NCBI GenBank assembly: GCA_038818725.1
Contig: JAWAYL010000002.1
Coordinates: forward strand, 1,346-65,345
Source of the DNA: Thermoplasmatota archaeon
Lineage (GTDB): Archaea > Thermoplasmatota > E2 > UBA202 > JdFR-43
Reading direction: 5' to 3'
Length of the DNA stretch: 64,000 nucleotides
Made by a program: the position numbers and the translations under genes. Shown piece by piece: positions 9,627-17,630 of this stretch (positions are counted from its first letter, which is position 1; each line of letters begins with the position of its first letter). Under the pieces are notes generated by a model. That model did not search any database and was not told the origin of the DNA. It saw only the letters and a program-made list of their open reading frames with translations.

Positions 9627-12625
9627 AAATACTTGGCTTGCTTTGCAACTGGTGCAGTTATGCAGGAGCGGATTTAGCTGGCGTTAGTAGATTTCAATAT
9701 CCTCCAAGCATAAGAGTTGTTCGTGTGATGTGTTCAACAAGAGTTGAGCCATCTTTTATTATTAAAGCATTTTTAAAAGGAGTTGATGGTGTTCTTGTGG
9801 GCGGATGCCATCTTGGAGATTGCCACTATGTTACTGGAAATTACTATACCATAGGCAAGATTTATGTTGCAAAAAAATTGCTTAAATTTGCTGGAATTAA
9901 TCCCTCTCGTTTAAGACTGGAGTGGATTTCTGCAAGTGAAGGAGAAAAATTTGCAAGAGTTGTTGAAGAATTTACAAGAGAAATTGAAGAGCTAGGCCCT
10001 TTAAAAGATGAGCTAAAAGATGATAATATGCTTAAAGTTGCATATAATGTCGCTAATAAGCCAAGAGCAAGAATAATTGCTTCAAAGCATAGAATGCTTA
10101 CATTTTTTGGAAATAAATATAACGAAATATATACCAATTATGAATTTGATAGGATAAGTGATGAAATTTTAAAAGATGAAATGATTACAGAAGCAATAAA
10201 ATTTTTATTAAAGGATGAAAAAAATTTTGAGGAAATTGCTGAAAGAATTGGAGTTAATGGAAAAACCTTATATTTTTACCTTCTTGATTTGATAAAAAAG
10301 GGAGAAATATCATTTAGAGAAGAAAATGGGAAATATCTGTTTTTTGTAGCAGATAAAAAGGAGGAAAAAATTGAGACATTTATACCAAATTCAATCATAA
10401 GCAAGGAGGCGCATCTAATATTTGGAGCAGGCGCAAAAGGAATAAACAGAGCAATTGAAATAGCAAGAAAAGGGGAAAATGTTGTTATTGTTGAAAGATT
10501 TCCTTCAATAAATAAATATATTATAAGAAAGCATGCCTCCTCTTTTGAAAATGAATGTAAATATGAGGAATTTTTAAATTTAGTAAAAGAAGGAAAAATA
10601 ACTGTTTTAAATAATTCAATTGTAAAAAGCATAAGAGATGGAATTGTAAGAATAATAAAATATCCATCTCGTATAAATGAAAATTGCAATAACTGCAATA
10701 TATGCTATGAAGTTTGCCCTCTTAAAACAGTTGATAGAGAGCAAACTCTTTTTTCAAGAAAGGCAGTTTATGGAAGAAACGGCATTCCATGCACCTTCTT
10801 TTTGGAGAGAGAAAGCCCGTTTTGCCAGACAAATTGTCCAGCACATGTAGATGTTCGTGGGTATGTAGCGAGAATTGCTGAAGGAGATTTTGAAGGAGCA
10901 ATAAATGTTATAAGGCAAAGATTGCCATTACCTGGTGTGCTTGGAAGAGTATGTCCCCATCCTTGCGAAGAGTTTTGCAGAAGAAACGGGATTGATGAGG
11001 CAATTTCAATAAGACTACTAAAGAGATTTGTCGCTGACTGGGAATGGCAAAACAAGGGAATAATTTATCTTGGAAAAATGCCAGTAAATGAGAATAATAA
11101 GCGTAGGGTTGCTATAATTGGCTCTGGTCCTGCTGGCTTAACTGTTGCATATGAACTCGCCAGAATTGGCTACAAAGTTAAAATTTTTGAAGCATTACCT
11201 GTTGCCGGCGGGATGCTTGCTGTTGGCATACCTCCTTATAGGCTTCCAAAAGATGTGCTTGCTAGAGAAATAAATGCGATTCTTGAAATGGGGGTTGAAT
11301 TGCAGTTGAATTGCAAGGTAGGAAAGGATATATCTTTTGATGAGGTGAGAAAAAATTTTGATGCGGTATTTATTGGAATTGGTGCACATAAAAGCAGGAA
11401 AATGGGAATTGAAGGAGAAAATTTGCGGGGTGTTATATCAGGTATTGATTTTTTAAGAGAAGTAAATATATATCCCGAAAATGTAAGAGCAATTATTTCT
11501 GGAAAGAAAGTAGTTGTTGTTGGCGGTGGAGATGTTGCAATAGATGCAGCAAGATGCGCAATAAGATTTGGATGCGATGTAACAATTTTATATAGACGAA
11601 GCAGGGATGAAATGCCAGCTCGTGAAGAGGAAATAAGATATGCAGAGGAGGAAGGGGTTAATTTTCGCTTTCTGGCAGCTCCATTAAAAATTATTGGGAA
11701 AGGAAGCGTTGAAAAAATCGAATGTATAGAAATGGAGCCTGGTGAGCCAGATGAAAGTGGGCGCAGGAGGCCTGTGCCGAAAAAAGGAAGCGAATTCTTC
11801 ATTGAAGCAGATGTTGTTATCTCTGCAATTGGCCAGCAACCTGATTTATCATTTTTACCAGATGAAATAAAAAAAGATGGATTAATTGTTGTTGATGAAA
11901 ATACTGGGGCAACTTCTTTGCCAGGAGTTTTTGCAGGAGGAGATGTAGTAAGTGGCCCTTCAATAGTAATAGAAGCGGTTGCATGGGGAAGAAGGGTTGC
12001 TAGAGCAATAGATGCATATTTAAATGGCAAAAAAATAGAATTTGATCCTATTGAAAGAGATATAAATAGGGCAATTGCAAGTTATGAAGATGTTGAACTA
12101 ATGAAAAGAAATGTTGTTTTATCAATTTTTAAAAAAGAAAATAGGAAAAATATTGAAGAAATAAGCATCGATGAAAGATTAACAACATTTAAGGAAGTTG
12201 AAAAGGGTTTTGATAAAAAAACAGCAATAAGTGAGGCTTCTCGCTGCCTTGCCTGTAGGGCTTGCCTTGGCTGTGGGATATGTGGAAATGAATGCATTAG
12301 AAATGCTATTGATTATGAAGAAAAGGAGGAGGAGATTGAAATATTTGCAAAATCAATAGAAATTGATCCAGAAATAAAATTTAATTATGAATTTTTCACT
12401 CCTTTTGAAATTGAAGATATGCTCCAGCTAGGAATAATTATGAATTTTAAAGGAGAAAAAATAAAGAAGATATGCTTTTTAAATTTTGAGGAAAACAAAT
12501 ACTTCAATGAATTAAAGAAAAAAATTTTAGAAAATGGAATAGAAATTGGCGAATCAGATTTTAAAGTAGATTTCCGCTTTTATGAAACAGATTATTATAA
12601 AAAAATTAAAAAAATGGCTAGCTAA
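9623..12625 (+). CDS. Fusion protein: MvhD (N-terminus) - linker/possible wHTH - GltD/NfnB-like NADPH:FAD oxidoreductase with 4Fe-4S domains - ~120-aa C-terminal tail
   Basis: Residues 1-130 (MKILGLLCNWCSYAGADLAGVS...GGCHLGDCHYVTGNYY) match MvhD. Residues ~330-900 match the GltD/NfnB family: CPAHVDVRGY...RVCPHPCEEFCRR, RVAIIGSGPAGLTVAYELA, VVVVGGGDVAIDAARCAIRFG. A 4Fe-4S motif CLACRACLGCGICGNEC lies near the C-terminus. 1000 aa. Confidence 0.75.
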   Translation: MKILGLLCNWCSYAGADLAGVSRFQYPPSIRVVRVMCSTRVEPSFIIKAFLKGVDGVLVGGCHLGDCHYVTGNYYTIGKIYVAKKLLKFAGINPSRLRLEWISASEGEKFARVVEEFTREIEELGPLKDELKDDNMLKVAYNVANKPRARIIASKHRMLTFFGNKYNEIYTNYEFDRISDEILKDEMITEAIKFLLKDEKNFEEIAERIGVNGKTLYFYLLDLIKKGEISFREENGKYLFFVADKKEEKIETFIPNSIISKEAHLIFGAGAKGINRAIEIARKGENVVIVERFPSINKYIIRKHASSFENECKYEEFLNLVKEGKITVLNNSIVKSIRDGIVRIIKYPSRINENCNNCNICYEVCPLKTVDREQTLFSRKAVYGRNGIPCTFFLERESPFCQTNCPAHVDVRGYVARIAEGDFEGAINVIRQRLPLPGVLGRVCPHPCEEFCRRNGIDEAISIRLLKRFVADWEWQNKGIIYLGKMPVNENNKRRVAIIGSGPAGLTVAYELARIGYKVKIFEALPVAGGMLAVGIPPYRLPKDVLAREINAILEMGVELQLNCKVGKDISFDEVRKNFDAVFIGIGAHKSRKMGIEGENLRGVISGIDFLREVNIYPENVRAIISGKKVVVVGGGDVAIDAARCAIRFGCDVTILYRRSRDEMPAREEEIRYAEEEGVNFRFLAAPLKIIGKGSVEKIECIEMEPGEPDESGRRRPVPKKGSEFFIEADVVISAIGQQPDLSFLPDEIKKDGLIVVDENTGATSLPGVFAGGDVVSGPSIVIEAVAWGRRVARAIDAYLNGKKIEFDPIERDINRAIASYEDVELMKRNVVLSIFKKENRKNIEEISIDERLTTFKEVEKGFDKKTAISEASRCLACRACLGCGICGNECIRNAIDYEEKEEEIEIFAKSIEIDPEIKFNYEFFTPFEIEDMLQLGIIMNFKGEKIKKICFLNFEENKYFNELKKKILENGIEIGESDFKVDFRFYETDYYKKIKKMAS

Positions 12626-13565
12626 TTTCTCCCGCCCAATATGGCTTCCTCACATATTCATATATCTTTTGAGATGCTATTGCTCCATGCGCTGCGCCAA
12701 CAATAAGCAGGCGGAAAGCGCCTCGCACTATATCTCCAACCGCAAAAATTCCCTCAACATTTGTGCGCTGCATTGCATCAGTTATTATATAACCTTTTTC
12801 ATCTGTTTTTATTCCAAGCTCAGCAAACATTTCTGTATTTGGTTTTAATCCAACTGCAAGAACTACTTTATCTACCTTGAGTGTTTTTCTTTCTCCTGTT
12901 TTGTTGTTGAAAATAACTGCTTCCTCAACTTTATCTTTTCCTCTTATTTCTTCAAGCTCTGTATTCAACAATATATTTATCTTACTTTCCTCCATTTTCT
13001 TTACATTTTCATCTAAAGCCCTGAATCTATCTCTCCTATGGATTATTGTTATTTCTTTAGCAAGATCAACTAAATCAAGGGCTGCATCAACAGCGGTATC
13101 TCCTCCTCCAACAATGAGAACCTTGCTATCTATAAAATCTTCTCTATGAGTAACATAGTAATAAACACCCTTATCTCCTTTATTGAATTTACTTTCTCCT
13201 TCTATACCAAGTTCCTGAGGGCGTGTTCCAGTTGCTATAACAATTGTCTTACCATGATATTCATTCTCTTCTGTTTTCACAACTCCTCCTTTTTCTATTT
13301 TAATGACTCTTTCTCTTACCATTTTAATATATGGACTTTCTCTTGCTTGCTTTATCCATTTTCTTACAAGTTCAATTCCAGTTATTCCTTCTGGAAAGCC
13401 AGGATAATTTGGTATTACCTTGCTTGGATATAGTGTTGCTGGCAAACCACCCCATTTTCCTCCTTCAAGTATAAGTGTTTTAAGCATTCTACTTGCACAC
13501 ATGATAGCAGTTGTCAATCCAGCTGGTCCGCCTCCAACAACTATAACATCATACATTTCTTCCAT
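12618..13565 (-). CDS. Thioredoxin reductase-like flavoprotein (TrxB/FNR family) lacking the redox-active CxxC
   Basis: MYDVIVVGGGPAGLTTAI and a second nucleotide-binding motif KVLIVGGGDTAVDAALDL. No CxxC motif anywhere, so possibly a YumC-type ferredoxin:NADP reductase. Convergent with the hdr/mvhD operon, overlapping it by 8 nt. Confidence 0.65.
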   Translation of the reverse strand: MEEMYDVIVVGGGPAGLTTAIMCASRMLKTLILEGGKWGGLPATLYPSKVIPNYPGFPEGITGIELVRKWIKQARESPYIKMVRERVIKIEKGGVVKTEENEYHGKTIVIATGTRPQELGIEGESKFNKGDKGVYYYVTHREDFIDSKVLIVGGGDTAVDAALDLVDLAKEITIIHRRDRFRALDENVKKMEESKINILLNTELEEIRGKDKVEEAVIFNNKTGERKTLKVDKVVLAVGLKPNTEMFAELGIKTDEKGYIITDAMQRTNVEGIFAVGDIVRGAFRLLIVGAAHGAIASQKIYEYVRKPYWAGEIS

Positions 13566-13627
13566 GTTTATCCCAAAATATATACAAATTTAATTTATTA
13601 TTTTTGTGGAAAAAGCAGAATAGCAGC

Positions 13628-13695
13628 GTAGCGATTAACTTAATTTCTATTTTCTTTGTTGTAGCATCCCTTCCTGAAAGAGAATCAGGAGGGTC
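13628..13695 (+). repeat. Copy A of a conserved upstream element containing palindrome TCCTGA-N7-TCAGGA
   Basis: GTAGCGATTAACTTAATTTCTAT...GTTGTAGCATCCCTTCCTGAAAGAGAATCAGGAGGG. A near-identical reverse-complement copy lies at 33938-34047. Ends 63 nt before tRNA-Lys. Confidence 0.7.
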
Positions 13696-13757
13696 TTATT
13701 TCTTTACACTGCCAATTTCCACGTGAAAAAATATATATATCAAAGCATTTTTTCATA

Positions 13758-13849
13758 GGGCCTGTAGCTCAGCTAGGTAGAGCACCTGGCTTTTAACCAG
13801 GTGGCCGAGGGTTCGAAATGGCGCTGCCACGAAAATCCCCCCAGGCCCG
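13758..13849 (+). tRNA. tRNA-Lys(TTT) with a probable ~17-nt non-canonical intron in the T-loop
   Basis: Acceptor GGGCCTG/CAGGCCC, D-arm GCTC-AGCTAGGTA-GAGC, anticodon arm CCTGG-CTTTTAA-CCAGG. The T-arm GAGGG-TTCGA[ATGGCGCTGCCACGAAA]AT-CCCCC only closes if the bracketed segment is removed. The insert contains a TGGC-GCT-GCCA hairpin. Confidence 0.6.
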
Positions 13850-14417
13850 CTAGTCTATATATTAGGGAGTGAAAGAAAAAGATTAAATTTCTTTCCTTAT
13901 AGTTGGATGGGATGAAATGGGTTGGAAAGAACGAGTAGAAGATTTGAAGATGAATAAAGGAGCACACTATTGCTCTTTTTGAAGCAACATATGATTGAGG
14001 TAATAAATTTGCAAATCAGCTAAAATTCTAGCTTTTTAAAGGATGAGATAGCTTTATTTTATATCCTTTCTTTTCTAGCCATTATTGGCTAATATAATTG
14101 CTATTTCAATGCTTGAAAATTCTTTAAAAAAATTCAATTAATGCTCTTTTCTCGTTCTAATTTTACCTTCTTTTATTATTTCAGTCGTTACTTTTACACC
14201 CATTTGATATGCTTGGGCTTTATCATGCTATCAACCCTATCGAAAACAAATTGAAAACGGGACAAAAATATTAAACTGTCTTTTCTTAACAAATCATCAT
14301 ATTTTAGGTATGAAGAGTTGCTCTTTCCTCTCTCACTAAGGGAACATTGCAGTAAGGACAAAATCCTTAAATACCAAAAAAGTATTACATTTTGATAAAA
14401 AAGTAATATGTGATAAG

Positions 14418-14684
14418 ATGTGGCTTATAACAACGCTTATATTTGCAACTATTGCAACCTTGCTTCATTTATTAATTAAAAAGCATAAGTTAGATTATCT
14501 TGCCCTCATGCTTTGGGGAGCATTTCTTATGATATTAGTTGATCATGTGCTTGGCTATGAAGGAGGAAATTTTTTGGAATATGAAACCGAAGGATTAATA
14601 AACAATGGAATTATTCTAGGAATTGTTATGGTAATTCCAGTTGTTGCAATATGGCTTGTGCTTTTAGCAATTGAAAAAAAATAA
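14418..14684 (+). CDS. Small 2-TM membrane protein (paralog 1 of tandem pair)
   Basis: 88 aa, two hydrophobic helices. Shares an ...LxAMLWGxxxMxxVxH... core with the next ORF. Confidence 0.4.
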   Translation: MWLITTLIFATIATLLHLLIKKHKLDYLALMLWGAFLMILVDHVLGYEGGNFLEYETEGLINNGIILGIVMVIPVVAIWLVLLAIEKK

Positions 14685-14697
14685 GAGGTGATGAAAA

Positions 14698-15009
14698 ATG
14701 GCATGCTTCCTTGTGCCGGCAGCAGCAGGCGCAGCAACGCTTGCAATAAGAAAAAAGATACATAAAAAATATAGAATGGGTCTGTTGAATGCTATGCTTT
14801 GGGGTGGGGTTGCAATGCTTGCGGTTGAGCATATAGCCCACAGAGAGATAGTTCCTTATCCACCATTCCTTACCGCTGGTTTGAATGAAGTGCTTCCAGA
14901 AATGCTGAGAATTGGTGTACCGATGACATTGCTAATATTCTTTGTGTGGGCAATAATTGTTGCAATGGCGGAATTAATACCAAAGAAGAAGGAATTAAAA
15001 AGTGAATAG
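14698..15009 (+). CDS. Small 2-TM membrane protein (paralog 2 of tandem pair)
   Basis: 103 aa. LLNAMLWGGVAMLAVEHIAH aligns with LALMLWGAFLMILVDHVLGY of the upstream ORF. Confidence 0.4.
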   Translation: MACFLVPAAAGAATLAIRKKIHKKYRMGLLNAMLWGGVAMLAVEHIAHREIVPYPPFLTAGLNEVLPEMLRIGVPMTLLIFFVWAIIVAMAELIPKKKELKSE

Positions 15010-15381
15010 GCTAAAATCAAGAATTTCATAAAAATCTTTGATTTTGCTGGAGTAAAATAGATGACTCTTGCATTTGCAATCACTTGAGCCAAATTTAGGA
15101 ATGGCTTGAAAGGAGAGAAATTTTTTTGCTATTTTGCACTCTTCCTTAAATTTGCTTTCTTTATAAAAAATTTTTTTTATTTTTCCTTCTTCGAGTAAAT
15201 AATCAATATGCCATCTTTTTCTTTTTTCTTTTCTTAAATGCCTTTCAATTCTTTTTTCAATGCTGTTCATTGCTGAGCCAATATATGCATAGTATCCTTT
15301 TTTAAAATAAATCTCTCTTTTTCCAATTTTTATTTTTTTATCATTTTCAATTTCGATTATAAGAATATAGCTTCCTTTCAT
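14995..15381 (-). CDS. GIY-YIG (Uri superfamily, COG1833/DUF123-like) endonuclease-domain protein
   Basis: SYILIIE...GKREIYFKKGYYAYIGSAMNSIEKRIERHL is the GIY...YIG...R...H pattern. Confidence 0.55.
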   Translation of the reverse strand: MKGSYILIIEIENDKKIKIGKREIYFKKGYYAYIGSAMNSIEKRIERHLRKEKRKRWHIDYLLEEGKIKKIFYKESKFKEECKIAKKFLSFQAIPKFGSSDCKCKSHLFYSSKIKDFYEILDFSLFTF

Positions 15382-15883
15382 TTTCTTTATTTATTTCTTC
15401 GAATCTGTAATTTTTCTACAATCTCTTCACTAATTCCTCTTGCAATTCTTTCCATCTTATTTTCCCATTTTTCCCTTAAAACAATTAACGTTTTTATAAC
15501 ATTGAATAGCTTAAAAATTTTATATATTGCATCATTTTTTTTCCATGAGAATATAATTATTCAATTTAATAAACTTTAGGAAAACAAGATTTTCCTCGAA
15601 ATGATTGGCCAAGCTTTAGAGATATATCTCCTTTAGGCTAAGAAGGCATTGGCTGAGTCAAAAGATTTGAAAGAATGCATTGTTTTATATCTTTCTTCTT
15701 CTCTTTAGAGAGATAATCTCTGCATATAAGTGAAGAACTTTCCAAAATTAAAGGCAGCAGACTATTCCACCATATGCAAAAGATTGCAAAAGATGGTGCA
15801 AATATGGACAAAGATGGTTTGCAGAGACATTCTTATCAGGAGTTAAAAGAATATTTGGAGAAACAACTAAAACCTTTCACTAA

Positions 15884-16885
15884 TTGTTCAACAAAGCAGA
15901 AAATGAAAACATGTTTATAATATCACGAAATGTGTGGAAAATCGGAGAACAAAATATTTTGAAGCCAAATGTTATTGGTTTGAAGCCAAATTTATATACT
16001 TCCGTGCTATTTATTAGCATGTTCTATTATATTTTGCCGCTTCTTGCTGGATTAATTGCTCAATATATAGATGGAATGCTTGGCATGGGATATGGCGTTT
16101 CTTCTTCCTCACTTCTAGTTGCCGCCGGCTTTATGCCTGCTCTTGTATCCGCATCGGTTCACATGGCTGAAATATTTGTTTCATTCACGTCTGGAATAAG
16201 TCATCTAAAATTTGGAAATGTTGATAAAGATATTTTATTGCCTTTAATAATTCCAGGCGTGGTTGGAGGAATGCTGGGCGCCTATATTCTTTCAGATATA
16301 ATTCCTGAAAAAGAGGTTAAGATAATTGTTAGCTTTATCCTCCTTTGTTTGGGAATTGTAATATTTTTAAGATTTTACTTTGGGAAAATAAAGAAAAGAG
16401 AAGGAAATTTCTCAAAAAGATTCATAATTGCTGTTGGTTTTGCTGGTGGACTGCTGGATGCGATAGGCGGAGGAGGATGGGGACCAGTATGCACATCTTC
16501 GCTTGTCGCATCAAATAAAAGGAGGCCAAGGAAAATAATTGGTTCTGTAAATTTTGCTGAATTTTTTGTAACAATATCAATAACAATAACATTCGCGATA
16601 ACTATTGGAATAGAAAATTTCCTTTGGCATATAACCCTGCCACTAATAGCAGGAGGAGTTATAGCAGCTCCTTTAGCCGCATATACTTGCAAGCGAATTC
16701 CATCTGTTTTACTTGGTAGCCTTGTAGGAATATTACTTACGCTATTAAATGCAAGAACAATAATCTTATCCTTTATATCAATAAATTTTGTAGTAATTCT
16801 GACTATACTTATTTCAATTTTTGCATTCCTCCTTATTATTAAATATGTAAAGCCGGAGAGCAGAATTTTGGAGGAAGAAGAATGA
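15884..16885 (+). CDS. TauE/SafE (TSUP, DUF81) family membrane transporter
   Basis: Multi-TM, with a G-rich helix MLGMGYGVSSSSLLVAAGF and GLLDAIGGGGWGP typical of TSUP. The true start is probably downstream of the annotated ORF start. Confidence 0.6.
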   Translation: MFNKAENENMFIISRNVWKIGEQNILKPNVIGLKPNLYTSVLFISMFYYILPLLAGLIAQYIDGMLGMGYGVSSSSLLVAAGFMPALVSASVHMAEIFVSFTSGISHLKFGNVDKDILLPLIIPGVVGGMLGAYILSDIIPEKEVKIIVSFILLCLGIVIFLRFYFGKIKKREGNFSKRFIIAVGFAGGLLDAIGGGGWGPVCTSSLVASNKRRPRKIIGSVNFAEFFVTISITITFAITIGIENFLWHITLPLIAGGVIAAPLAAYTCKRIPSVLLGSLVGILLTLLNARTIILSFISINFVVILTILISIFAFLLIIKYVKPESRILEEEE

Positions 16886-17061
16886 AAATAGATATGAAAG
16901 ATGTTGAATATATAACTGAGACAAGTGTAACAATAAGAGGAAGTAGAAGAAGAACAACTCTGCCAAAACATATAGTTGAAAAAATTGGAATAAAAGATGG
17001 AGATAAAATAAGATGGATACTATTTAAAGACGGAACAATTTATGTCATGAAAGTAGAGTAA
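16882..17061 (+). CDS. AbrB/SpoVT-family swapped-hairpin DNA-binding mini-protein (59 aa)
   Basis: Not in the ORF track (under 60 aa). My manual translation gives MKIDMKDVEYITETSVTIRGSRRRTTLPKHIVEKIGIKDGDKIRWILFKDGTIYVMKVE. The start overlaps the stop of the TauE-like gene. Confidence 0.5.
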   Translation: MKIDMKDVEYITETSVTIRGSRRRTTLPKHIVEKIGIKDGDKIRWILFKDGTIYVMKVE

Positions 17062-17145
17062 ATCATCTTCTATTTTTAGCAAGCCATTCCTTTTCAGTAT
17101 TTCTGAAGTGAAAATTTAGAAAAATAAGATAAAGAGGGAGGAGGT

Positions 17146-17418
17146 TTATCTGGCGAGGTAAATTTCTATACAAGAAACATTTACTTTTCCGCCCTGCTCA
17201 TTCGTTAGTTCTTCTGTGAATATCTTTACATCCTCTATTTTTGCATCTGGCACAAATCTTCTTCTGACAATCTCTGCCACATCGACTGCTCTGGAGATTG
17301 CTCTTCCCCTCGCCTTTATTGCTACCTTGTTCGCTCCAGAGTTCAGCTGTGTTATTGCTGCCAACACATAATTCATAGGTGGTTTATTTCCCACAAAGAC
17401 CACATTTTCCTGTTGCAT
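17146..17418 (-). CDS. albA: Alba chromatin/RNA-binding protein
   Basis: [47 protein letters not shown] is a textbook Alba core. Confidence 0.9.
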   Translation of the reverse strand: MQQENVVFVGNKPPMNYVLAAITQLNSGANKVAIKARGRAISRAVDVAEIVRRRFVPDAKIEDVKIFTEELTNEQGGKVNVSCIEIYLAR

Positions 17419-17630
17419 TTTGATCCCTCAGCACACAATATAAAATCAAAATATAAAAGTATCGGTCTCGCTACAAAGCTGTTAACTTAGCGAATTTTTT
17501 CGAAAAAATAAAGCATTCCATCCCTTGTTTTAAAGGATGAAAACATGACAGATGGAATGCAATTATTAAAACTAGAAGTGCTATAGGCATGCTCTCTTAA
17601 ACCTATAAATATATCAAATTTATTATAGAT

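Noticed and set aside
11236-12030. 264-aa ORF antisense inside the MvhD-GltD gene
   Set aside because: It is low-complexity (S/T/P/I-rich) with no motif, and lies entirely within a confidently assigned coding region on the other strand. This is a typical artefact of AT-rich sequence with rare stop codons in antisense frames.
12582-12848. 88-aa plus-strand ORF overlapping the trxB-like gene
   Set aside because: It is antisense to a well-supported flavoprotein gene, with no recognisable features and cysteine/aromatic-rich junk composition.
13773-13967. 64-aa minus-strand ORF overlapping tRNA-Lys
   Set aside because: It overlaps a tRNA gene with no coding signal.
17420-17630. Possible C/D-box sRNA in the alba-NSS intergenic region
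   Set aside because: GGATGAAAA is only a weak C-box match, and no D-box (CTGA) or terminal stem is evident.
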